From contig NW_025215325.1 in NCBI RefSeq assembly GCF_004010195.1, forward strand, positions 1-64,000: 64,000 nt of DNA, in the 5' to 3' direction. Below, in pieces: positions 38,990-50,444 of this stretch. Below the pieces are notes generated by a model. That model was not told the DNA's origin. It made no database searches and saw only the letters and a list, made by a program, of their open reading frames with translations. Positions within the stretch are counted from its first letter, which is position 1. The number at the start of each line of letters is the position of its first letter. The translations under genes were made by a program, and so were the position numbers. This stretch comes from Chiloscyllium plagiosum. Its lineage: Eukaryota.

Positions 38990-39340
38990 TCCCCAAACTC
39001 TTAGCCTTGGCAAACAAAACCTGTGAGATGCACTTGTGGGCTACACATTGTGAGATTGTACAACTATCACTTGCTGATTCCTGGGAGGAGCTAGAGGTGA
39101 GTAAAATGCAGGACTGTGGTGACTTTCTGTTTGACAGCCATGAGGTCCACTCATGCATCCACCCGGCCCACTTGCCAGGCAGTATTCTTCCAGGAGATTA
39201 CAAATGTCAACAACAACCTTACAGAAACCTGGAAGCGCCCTGATACACTGGGACTCAGTCATATCCTGGAAATCTATCTTATGCTTGTAAGCACAACACA
39301 GGTATGGGATCCTGGGTGCTGGAGCTCTGTACTCATCCCC
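38990..39340 (-). mobile_element. Degraded PIF/Harbinger transposase fragment
   Basis: Frame-shifted FQDMTESQCIR...VVVDICNLLEE and SSSQESASDSCTISQCVAHKCISQV, resembling the HARBI1-like N-terminal/HTH region. Confidence 0.55.
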
Positions 39341-39878
39341 TGTCTCGTGCAGTGGCAGATCATTGACATTGACAGCTGCTATTCTGAACTGAACTGAGTT
39401 CCAAATGAATGAAAGCACACTCTCAGAGCAAGTCCCATTGGCAAAAACCTTCCAGCTCAACATGAAACAGGTGTGAGCTCTCAACATTTAGAAGATTTCA
39501 CATCCCCTCAAATCACATTATCCAATTATCCTGATTTCTCAACTGAGTTCCACAAAATGTCTGCACTCACCAATAACATCAGAAAATAGAAAGAATTTGC
39601 ATGATTACTGTACATATTTAAATTGACATCCCGCCTTTCTCACACAAGCCACCCAGGTGATAAAGGACAGAACTGGATGTCAATCTTCATATACTTGAAA
39701 GAACTGGGATCACGCTGTACAGCGGGATGGGGAATTGGGACCACGCTGTGCAAAGGCAAGGGGCATGGGATCACACAGTACATGAAGATCTAGACCCCTC
39801 CAAAGGGGCCTCTCGGGATCGGTCAAGAGAATCCCTAGGAGTACGGTCTGTTTAAAGCAAGGTTACCAGTTTATTACA

Positions 39879-40100
39879 AGGAGAAAGTGAGGACTGCAGA
39901 TGCTGGAGATCAGAGCTGAAAATGTGTTGCTGGAAAAGCGCAGCAGGTCAGGCAGCATCCAAGGAACAGGAGAATCGACGTTTCGGGCATAAGCCCATCT
40001 TCAGCCTTTCCTGAAGAAGGGCTTATGCCCAAAACGTCGATTCTCCTGTTCCTTGGATGCTGCCTGACCTGCTGCGCTTTTCCAGCAACACATTTTCAGC
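39879..40100. mobile_element. Young fold-back Penelope-derived element with two hammerhead-like cores
   Basis: Near-perfect ~85-bp inverted arms and a perfect 15-bp TSD taccagtttattaca (39864-39878, 40101-40115). Confidence 0.88.
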
Positions 40101-40604
40101 TACCAGTTTATTACATTAAGGCAGCCTGGCACAGATTTGTCCAGCAACACGGAGTTTAAAAGCTTCTGTTTTCCATGAAGAAATGGCGCAATTACATTTG
40201 AAAATTACACATTATTTATATATATTTTTAAGAGATAGTACAGCCTTAATTACAAGAAAAGATCAATCACATACAATAAGATGACATGATTGACAGCAGG
40301 TTAATCCAATGATATTCTCCAGGAAAGGGTTCTTAATTTACACAGAGTACCATCCCATGCAAGTTCAAGGTTAGTTCAAATACAAAATCACTGTCTTATC
40401 ATTCATATTATGAAAAATCCATTGTTCTCTCGTATCTCTATATACAACCAACTTAGCAGAGCATCAGTTCAAGTTCACAGAGTCAAATCATTGCATACAG
40501 CCATTTTGTTGTGATATTAAAATGAAAAACCATTTTGTGGTTAATAAATATCTACAGATACTTGTTGCTTCTGATAACAAACTAAATTCAAATTTTACAT
40601 CCTC

Positions 40605-41850
40605 ATACACAGGGAAGGAGGCACTGAGATTATGCTGTACAGAGGGAAGGGTGCACTGGGATCTCGTTGTACAGAGGGAAAGGGCACTGGGATCACACTG
40701 TACAGAGAGAAGGAGGAATTGGGATCACACTGTACAGAGGGAAGGGGGCACTGGGATCGCACTGTACAGAGGGAAGGGGCACTGGGATCACACTGTACAG
40801 AGGGAAGGGGCACTGGGATCACACTGTACAGAGGGAAGGGGACACTGGGATCATGCTGTACAGAGGGAAGGGGCACTGGGATCACACTGTACAGAGGGAA
40901 GGGGACACTGGGATCGTGCTGTACAGAGGGAAGGGGGCACTGGGATCACACTGTACAGAGGGAAGTGGTCACTGGGATCTCGCTGTAAAGAGGGAAGGAG
41001 ACAGTGGGATCACACTGTACAGAGGGAAGGGGACACTGGGATCGTGGTGGACAGTGGGAATGGGGCACTGGGATCGCACTGTACAGAGGGAAGGAGGCAC
41101 TTGGATCACACTGTACAGAGGGAAGGGAACAATGGGATCACACTGTACAGATGGAAGTGGGCACTGGGTTTGCACTGTACAGAGGGAAGGGGCACTGGGA
41201 TCACACTGTACAGAGGGAAGGGGCACTGGGATCACTCTGAACAGAGAGAAGGGCACCTAGGATCACACTGTACAGAGAGAAGGGCACTGGGATCACACTG
41301 TACAGACAGAAAGGGGGCACTGGGATCACATTCTACAGAGAGAAGGGGGCACTGGGATCGCGCTGTACAGAGAGAAAGGGCACTGGGATCGCACTGTACA
41401 GAGGGGAGGGGGCACAGGGATCACACTGTTCAGAGGGAAGGGGACACTGGGATCACACTGTACAGAGAGAAGGGGCACTGGGATCACTCTGTACAGAGGG
41501 AAGGGGGCACTGGGATCACATTCTACAGAGAGAAGGGTGCACTGGGATTGCACTGTACAGAGAGAAGTGGCACTGGGATCACTATACAGAGAGAAAGGAC
41601 ACTGGGATCACACTGTACAGAGAGAAAGGGCACTGGGATCATGCTGTACAGAGAGAAGGGGCACTGGGATCACACTGTACAGAGAGAAGGGCACTGGGAT
41701 TACACTGTACAGAGGGAAGGGGGCACAGGGATCACACTGTACAGAGAGAAGGGGCACTGGGATCACGCTGTACAGAGAGGAGGGCACTGGGATTACACTG
41801 TACAGAGAGAAAGAGGGCACCGGGATCACACTGCACAGCGGGATGGGGCA
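40605..41850. repeat. ~31-32-bp minisatellite (gggatcacactgtacagagggaaggggcact)n
   Basis: Direct tandem units. A few detached units lie at 39703-39780. Confidence 0.95.
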
Positions 41851-42724
41851 TGCCTGCTGCGTAGGATGGGAACTTTGATTACAAATTAAAACTGCTGCAT
41901 TGAGAAAAAATATCAAAACCCCGCCATCAGATATACATGACGTGGGTATTTCTCTCACACTCCATTATAGCCAAACCTTTCAAAGTACTTCACACAACGA
42001 TCAACACTGGCTGTGAACTAGGTGATCCTCAATAACAAGAAAGAAATGAAGATGGCCATTCAACCCCTTAAGATTGTTCTATCATTTAACGTGATCACAA
42101 CATCTCTGTACTTCAATTTCAATTACCTGCCTTTAGGCTCAGTGCCTGCTATTCCTTCCATGTAATTAGTCATGATAAATAACTAACCGATGCCTGCTGC
42201 GCTGAGATAACTCCCTGAGTTTTGAAAAAAGCCATAGGGTCCCTTACACCCAGCTGAATGGGCGAAACTATGCTCTAAAGGGCACCCTGATTATGTTGTA
42301 GGACACTGCAGGGCTAGTCTCACCATAACACCACAGTTTAATCGGATTTAAATTGTATTACTGAGCTTAGAAGGAATGAAATAAAGACAGAAAGCAAAGC
42401 TTTAACACACTGATCAGCTTAACTGGTAAACTGATTTCTAATTAATTAATTATTAAGGTTGTGACTGGACTGGAACTAACGTGCTTTCTGCTCTCTTGCT
42501 ATCGATATTTAGACCCCAGCTCAATCAGTGGAACTGCTGTATTACCTCCTAACAGGATCCTTTCCCTCCTTCACTCACAGGAAGCAAGGAGAGGCTAGAT
42601 TTAACGATGACAACACATCCCACACAATATTTACCCTGCACAACCTGAATCATACATGTCACAGATGCTTGGATTAAAACATTGACTAACTCAGGAAGAC
42701 TGGACAGAAGCTGCCCTTCATTAC

Positions 42725-42799
42725 CTGGCTTCATCATCCCGGGCAATCAGCAAGGACATGTGGTTGGAGGCTGAGGCCATGCGTAGGATATCGACAGCC
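42725..42799 (-). CDS. STXBP4: STXBP4-like exon, end of PDZ1 (AVDILRMASASNHMSLLIARDDEAR)
   Basis: 75 nt, cttttccag acceptor, AG|gtaat donor, phase 2-2, PDZ alpha2-beta6 pattern. Confidence 0.88.
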
Positions 42800-43437
42800 C
42801 TGGAAAAGATCAGAACGCAGCTCACTGTAAGGAAACTCTACATGCAACCAGTCTTGGAAAGTCTATTCGAGAGCTGAGCTGAGAATAGAAAATATTGCAA
42901 CAATATAGACAAGGCAGGTTTTCGAAGCTTGGCTAGTCAAGGTGGGACAAAGAATGGCATGGGGTTGAAATTCCAGGGAAATTCACTGGGAATCCCAGAC
43001 CAACATTTCATAACATGTGGATAAGGCAGCTCCGTTCAGCCTACCTTAACTAGATCATGTTAGAAAACAGTGCATCTCACACAGCATCCACTATTTCCAA
43101 ATGACTTCACAAAATTAATCATTTCTTAATTGAAGAGAACCTTCCTGACATCAGTTCAATCTTATGTTACTATATTGATTTACTTTGAAGTAATGACCTG
43201 GATTTAACTTTTCTGATAATATTCTTTTTGAACACAATTTTTTTTCAGATGGACAGGGACACTGTTGGTATTTACTGCCAATCTCAAGCTGCCACAAGAA
43301 ACTGTTGACAAACCTACTTCTCAGCTTTGTGCAGTGCTACAAGGTTCAATCTCAGTCACTTCCTTCCAAAGATGAAGAGGGTAGGCTTCTCCAGCCTTAT
43401 AATTCAAAGTTCCTGTACATGGGTTTGGATGGTTCTG

Positions 43438-43649
43438 TGCAGCTGGAAAAGCACACCAGGTCAGGCAGCATCCGAGGAGCAGGAAGATCGACGTTTCAGG
43501 CCAGAGCCCTTCATCAGGAACCTCATTCCTGATGAAGGGCTCCGGCCAGAAAAGTCGATTTTCCTGCTTTTCGGATGCTGCCTGACCTGCTGTGCTTTTC
43601 CAGCAACACACTCTCAACTCTGATCTCCAGCCTCTGCAGACCTGTTTCC
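43438..43649. mobile_element. Fold-back Penelope-derived element
   Basis: Inverted arms centred on catcaggaacctcattcctgatg, TSD tttggatggttctg (43424-43437, 43650-43663). Confidence 0.82.
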
Positions 43650-45506
43650 TTTGGATGGTTCTGCTCAGTTCCAGGTTTAGGGATGACTGTCTAGCATCTG
43701 CAGTCCTCATCTTCTTCTCATCTTCTTCCTGGTGATTTAGCCTGTGATCTGCCTGATCCACTGTGAAGCCAGTACCTTCTTCTGGATGATGCCTAGCAGT
43801 GAACTCAGTGAGACCAGGTGGGATCTAACCAGAGTTTAGTATAACTAGAGTATGGCTTGGTGCCCCTTGTATTTCAACCTTTTTCATCACGGCCTCGAGC
43901 TCAGGCTCGTCTCTTCCAAGTAGAGGGCAAAGTCAATAGGGGAGAGTCCCCATGCTTGCTGCCTCTCCCAATAGTAATGCACCATCACAGCACCGCAGAG
44001 GCCTCGATAACAGGTGACATGACCACTATCTTCATTGGAAGCACCTCTTATTGTTGGAAGTCAACAGGGATTAGATGAGGACAACTTCAGGTTCCACCAA
44101 GAGTCCTCCACAGTCAAATAGCCAGCTGACACTACTGAAGATGACATAGCAATGCGATTTTAACCAAGGAGAGTGTGGTGGGAGAAAGAGCTTGGGAGAA
44201 TGCATAAGATTAGAAAAAGGAGAGATAAAGGCGAAAGGACTGATGGTGGAAGATGACGAGGGATGTAAATTCCATGGGGTGTACAGCTGAGTATTCTGAC
44301 CCAACCGATTCACACCGGGTGTGGAGGCTCCACTTGAACCTCGCATCTTTCCCTCAACTAAATTCGTCCTTGTGATCCTTCTCTCTCATCTGCTTGTCTA
44401 TCTTCCTCTAAAATATTTCTATAACTTCACTTTTAACCATTTCCTGTGGGAATGAGATTCACATTCTACCCCACTCTCTGAGTGAAAATATTCTTCCTGG
44501 ATTCCCGATTGCATTTCTTGGTGACGACCTTCCCCACAAGAGGTTTTCATTCTCTCCGTATTCACCATGAATGTTTTAGACCTCGATGTGGTCACCCCTC
44601 AGCTTTCTCTTTTTAAACCTGTCAAATTGTTTCCTGTAAACCCACACATTTCAGGTCTCATCCCTGTAAATGTTCTCTGCACTCTCTTCAGTGCCTCTAA
44701 CTCCTATCTATAATATGGTGAGCAGAGCGGCACACAGCACTCTCTGAGTGACAGGGATGACATATTTTCCTTTCTTTTTGATCCTATTGCTCTCAGAATA
44801 AAGCCTGAAGCTTGATTTGATTATTTTTGTGGATAATCTGTGGCACAATGTTTAATGATTGGATTGTCACAGTGTTATTTTGCCTTATACCATCATGTTA
44901 TTTACTCTCTCTTGCTTTCTAACCCTTCACAGAACTTTCCTTTAGTTCTTTCTCACTGCAATCTTCCTAGCTACCGATACACTTGGTGAAAACCTTCTCG
45001 CTCCATGGCCTTTTTCAGTTCTGATAATAGGTCCTCACAGAGAAAGACTAACTGTTTCTCTCTCTCTCTCTCTCTCGCTCAACAGAGGCTGCCAGACATG
45101 CGGAATAGCAATATGCCTTTACAATTTATTTTCAGTTTTTCAGCATAAGCAATATTTCATTTTGTTAGCAACTGAATAATTGGTTGGGCTATTTATCAGA
45201 GGTTCCTGGCCCCTCACTGTAATAAATTGCATTTCTATACTGCCGCTGACACAGCAAAATATCCCAGGGTGTCTCAAAGCAGCCTTACCAAACAAAACTT
45301 GACAATGAGCCAAGGAGAGATTAGGATAGGTGAACAAAATATTGGCCAAATAGGTCATTTTTAACGAGCATCTTAAAGGAAAAGAGAGGAAGGTGGAGAG
45401 AGTTTAGGGAGGACATTCCAGAGTTTAAAAGCTCAGGCAACTGCAAGCAACTACCACTAACGGTAAAGAACATAGCTGGACACTGTTTAGCTCCAGTGTT
45501 GTGTAC

Positions 45507-45576
45507 CTCTCATTGGTAACTCCCATTAGATCTTCTCCATTCACCTCCAGGATCAGGTCACCAGCCTGCAAGCGAC
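45507..45576 (-). CDS. STXBP4: STXBP4-like exon, PDZ1 (GRLQAGDLILEVNGEDLMGVTNER)
   Basis: 70 nt, ctgtttcag acceptor, AG|gtac donor, PDZ motif GRLxxGDxILEVNG, phase 1-2. Confidence 0.9.
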
Positions 45577-46884
45577 CTGAAACAGAAGCATTCACTGAAA
45601 GTGGGCTATGACAGACAAACAGTTAAGTCTATTCTACCCTGCATTTTACAGGAGTCCCAACCTCGCTCCTCTCCAGGGTTAATGCTGCTCATCTGGTGAG
45701 AGGTTTGTCCCATTTTCATCTGCATCCAGAGGAAGAATGGAATTTCTGATCCCTAGGCCAATGAAATGGGATCTTCATCTTAACATGGGTCTAAACCATC
45801 CTTAACTAAGATCCGGCCCCAACTCTCTCAATTCAGAAGCCACTCTAACATGCTTGGGTTAGGATCCTTGCTCCAGTGACCACTGATGGAAGCTGCTTGT
45901 GTAGCCAGGTATGAGATGAGGAGGGGGTTTCCAACAGTTAATTCTGTTGATGTGGGTTACTCTTCATCACTGGATTCCATTAACCATCCCTCACCACTAA
46001 GAATGTTCCAACTTTCACCAAGTTAGCATCAGAATCCCTTTGGCTGTGTTGTCTCTGAGGCAAAATTTGGGACAGGTCATATGGTGCCAAACCCTGAGGC
46101 TGTTTCCTGCCTCTGCTGGTGAAGAATGGTAGGGTGGAAAAGGGACTGCAGTTGTGTGTGGAAATTGGAGAGGGTGGGACTGTATACCTGAGAACAAAGA
46201 AGAGATTTGATAAAAGTATTCAAAGCCATGTGGTGTTTTCATACATTTAGATAGTGATAACTATCGCCCCTGTCAGGCGAGTTGATAATCTGAGAACACT
46301 TCAGATATAAGGTAACCAGTTTGAAAAAAAAATGAAGGGAACTTAGTTTACATTGAGCTGTGGTCTGGAAAATGTTACCTGGCAGGGTTGTGAAGCAGAT
46401 GCAATAGCAATATTCAAAAGAGAAATGGTTAAATACTTCAAAAGGAGAGATGTGCAGGACTATGGGAGTGGGACTTATCAGACAGTTCTCTGAAAGAGAT
46501 AGCACAGGAATGAAGGGCTAAATTGTCTCCTTGTTTTTGCTTTATTAATTACAGCATCTTCAGTAGATCGATCACCTACCAAAGAATACACTACACTGAC
46601 AGCTTGATGATGCCCGTATGACCCACCATACAGCCAAAACTAAGGCACAAAGATTCACGTAAACGAAACAGCATTATATGTTGGATTGAGTACAATAACC
46701 GGGAGCTGGGAGCAGTGCACACACGGTTTCCAAACCAAGTGGCTCTGAAGTCTCTCCACTAGAGTACAGAAATTTGAAGAATCATGTCTTCAGATTGCCA
46801 CAAGAAACATAGCTGTGGGTGTAACCCTGCATCAGTGGGTGATGACCCACAATGCCCTACGAAAGCCAATAATGCCATGCTCAA

Positions 46885-47042
46885 ATTGTGATTTGGAGGC
46901 GCCAATGTTGGACTGGGGTGGACAAAGTTAAAAATCACACAACACCAGGTTATAGTCCAACAGGTTTCTTTGGAAGCACTAGCTTTTGGAGCGCTGCTCC
47001 TTCATCAAGTTGTTTTTGGAGTATAAGATTGTAGGACACAGG
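46885..47042 (-). mobile_element. Penelope-derived terminal fragment (aaaaatcacacaacaccagg family)
   Basis: Matches the arms of 58091-58509. Confidence 0.65.
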
Positions 47043-47095
47043 TTGTTGATGAACTTGTAGCAAGTGAAATAATTAAAGGATGTGTTTGCACCTAC

Positions 47096-47191
47096 CATCA
47101 CTTGCAGCTATTCCTCTCTGCAAAATACGCTTAACGTAGATCCCGTATTCCTCACCCGTTTGTTCTTTAAACCCACCAATAATTTTAATAC
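47096..47191 (-). CDS. STXBP4: STXBP4-like exon, PDZ1 (GIKIIGGFKEQTGEEYGIYVKRILQRGIAASDG)
   Basis: 96 nt, ctgttttag acceptor, G|gtagg donor, phase 1-1, typical PDZ beta2-beta3-alpha1 sequence. Confidence 0.9.
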
Positions 47192-48457
47192 CTAAAACAG
47201 AGAAAGAAATATTTTTGTTCATCTAAGGTGGCCCTGCTGAAATCCTTATGCATGCATTAAATACTTTAACATTTGACAATGCTATTACTCACCTGGCCAG
47301 TCTCTCACCTTTTACACCCGGTAAACCTGAGCTCATCCAAAACCCTAATACCTGTATCCTGATGCACACACCAGGGCTGGTTCATCCAGCACCTCATACT
47401 CTCTGACCGACACTGACACCTAACCCAACATCATTTCAGATTTTGGATTCTCTGCCTTCTGCTTGAATCCCTCCTTGGCCTCACTCTAGCCTGTCTTATT
47501 ACATTCCTGTGAAATCCCTTGGGTTATTTTATTTTGTTAAAAGTGCCATGTAATGTTGGTTAGTGAAAGGAATCGAGTACAATATCTTGATTGAGCCAAC
47601 GGAAGAAATGGTTGTGTATCTCACTTGGATGGAGCTCACTTAATTGGTTTAAAGTGGTGCTCATCTTTCTAATTTAAACTTAAAGCCACATGGTTATAGA
47701 CTCCAAGATAGGAATAAACACTACTTTCCCTCAATAATTCACAATGCATTGCCTTTTTCAGGATGAGCACCGTAACTGAGGGAAATACCATTCCAATAAC
47801 AAAATTCCTGGAATCAGTCACTATGTTGAAACCCTTTCCCTCTCCACAGTTGTGTGTTCAGCATTAACTACACTGGCATCCTCCATGATTCATTGCCTAC
47901 AAGCTCAATAGTTGTGAGTTCAAGGGCCACTCCAAAGACTTCAGCATTTAAACTCAGCTGGCACTCCCAGAGCAGAACTGATGGAGAATTCAGCATGGTC
48001 TTTTGGGAGAGATGTTTGACGGAGGCCCTGTCTGCTCTCCTGTAAGGATGCAAGATATTCTCATGCCTCTGACAGAGAAGGACAAGGGCATTCTCCCTCC
48101 TGTCCTGGCGAGTTTGTAATCTTCAATGAATAATATTAAAATTAGATTGTCTAATATGTTATCTCATTATTGTTAGTGGAAGCTGGCTGTGCATAAATTG
48201 GCTTCCACATTTGCTACATTACAAATGATTTTGCACTTCAGAGGTTTTGGAGATCATTAGCTATGAAGCATTTTGGACATGGTGAAGTTGTGAAAGGCTC
48301 TATATAAATGCAAGATCTTACCTTTATTTTACTCTGGAAGTAAACATCATTGCAACATGCGATTATTGAAAGAGATAGGTTGCAGTAAACTCAGCCATAC
48401 CTCAGTTGCTGGGAATCCTCAGCTGAACCTGGTACACATCAGAGAGTTTGCTCTTAC

Positions 48458-48531
48458 CTAGCCCATTCTCACAGTCAGAGAACACAACACGATGAACAGC
48501 TCGGTTGATTCCATAGGGACCCATAATAGTC
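48458..48531 (-). CDS. STXBP4: STXBP4-like coding exon (MGPYGINRAVHRVVFSDCENGLG), start of N-terminal PDZ
   Basis: Acceptor tttctttag, ATG at 48524, donor G|gtaag. The phase-1 end joins the 47191 exon to give the PDZ carboxylate-binding loop GLGIKIIGG. Confidence 0.85.
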
Positions 48532-49294
48532 CTAAAGAAATGTAAAAATACACCACCAATTACAAATGGCTTGAACAAAATCTATGAGCTGATCTATAAA
48601 AGGTACTCACTCTTTCACAGTGACAAGGAAAGGGACGAGTATGGTTCAGGAAATCTGGTTGGCATGAACAAGTTGGGCCAAAGGACCTGTTTCTGTGTTG
48701 TATAACTCTATGACTTTTTGATAAGAAGCTCAACACAGGGCAAAGCAGTTCACTTGATGGGCACCACATCCACCACTTTCAACATTCACTCACATGACCA
48801 CTGAAGCCAGAGAAAGAAGCAAATGCTATCAGCCAGTGATTCTATTTAAAACTGATCCTTCCACTCTCAGTTTTGAGGTGAAGTCCTTCCAATGAGATTC
48901 TTGTATGTGAAGAGCAAAGGAAAGCAAGGGAGGACAGCACCCCATTGCATTTTGCTTGGCATCCCAGAGCTAAGCTGTGACTAGGGGGAACTGAAGATGA
49001 TGGAAAAGGCAGAGAGATTTCCGATATTCTGCAGGTGAAAGAGATGCTTCTTCATCTTCCTCCTAAGCTGTCAATTTGAAGCTGACATCCCTTCTTGTTC
49101 TGTTTTCTCTCACCAGAGGAATTTGAAGACTTCCCTAGTTTGGAGACAAATGATAAAGCACATGCTTGCATCTCTTTGCCTAGAACAGGTCACTAGCCTG
49201 AAGCCAGAGACTACAGCTTGCCACACTGAAACAAGCACAGCTACCAGGAATCTCTCCTGTTTTTATCGCCTGCGTTTGGCACGCATTGGAAGGA

Positions 49295-49575
49295 TTTACA
49301 AGTTGATACCCATAGCAGGCCATTCAGCCTATCGAGTCCACACTGACCCTCCAAAGATCATCCCACCCACACCCACCCACCCCCTTCCCCCATAACCCTG
49401 CATTTCCCATAGCCAGTCCATCTAACCTGCACAGCTTTGGATTGTGGGAGGAAACCCACACAGTCACGGGGAGAATGTGCAAACTCCACACAGACAGTCA
49501 CCTGAGCTGGAATCAAACCCGGGTCCGTGGCACTGTGAGGCAGCAGTGCGAGCCACTGAGCCACCGTGCCGTCCC
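49295..49575 (-). mobile_element. HE1-like V-SINE
   Basis: Reverse complement ggcacggtggctcagtgg...gggtttgattcc...gtgtggagtttgcacattctcc. Confidence 0.85.
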
Positions 49576-50444
49576 TCACTTTGTTTGGTTAAGATGTCCT
49601 GGGGTAGGACCTGAACCTGGACCTTCTGGTTTAGAGCCAGATGCACTACCAACTGTGCCACAAGACAGTCCCTTTCTCTTTGGCAATTCCTTTAATCTCA
49701 ATTCCTCTCTCAATTCCTTTAATCATTTTAAATGGCAGAATCAGATCTCTCTAACCTCCTCTACTCAAGGGAATCCAAGCCTGGTCATGAACCTGTCATC
49801 ATGAATTAACCCTTTCATTCCCAGCATTATTGTTAAATAATGCAATTTTACTGCACTGATTTCCAAAAAATCCTAAATTTAAAAACATTTGGATCTGGGC
49901 AAAATTTATGAAAACTTGGAGTATTTAAATTAAAAGTTCTGATGTGGAAATCACAGGTGATCGAAACAGTGAGATTGAGTATGATTGAGAAAGAACACTT
50001 TGCCAGTGTTTTGTCTTGCCGTCATGGGGACAAGTTGTAGATAATTCCAAAGTAAAGGGGAAACATCCTTCACACAGTATAAAGTTCTGCATTGTCCTGA
50101 CAAGTGCTGACGTTCAATTTCAACTAAACGTGTTCTTTTCCAAAAATACTCAAGTTCTGAATTATCAACTGACTAATGGAAGAGTGAGACTGTTGGATGT
50201 ACACAAAAGGTGTATAAGTAAATGGGCTCTCTGCCTTATTCAGATGTTGGAAAAACACAGCGGGTCAGGCAGCATCCGAGGAGCAGGCGAGTCATCAGGA
50301 AAGTGGAGGGCGAATGAAGGGCTTATGCCCGACATGTCAACTCCTGCTCCTCGGACGCTGCCTAACTGGCTGTGCTTTTCCAGTACCACACTTTTTGACT
50401 CTGATCTCCAGCATCTGCAGACCTCACTTTGTCCTTTTCAGATG

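Noticed and set aside
39879..40100. Fold-back elements as classical DNA-transposon MITEs or miRNA hairpins
   Set aside because: TSDs are long and variable (about 9-16 bp), the arms are asymmetric, and the sequence matches Penelope-like 3' termini in this window. That favours a retroelement origin.
40522..41889. 455-aa ORF
   Set aside because: Minisatellite translation with shifting frames.
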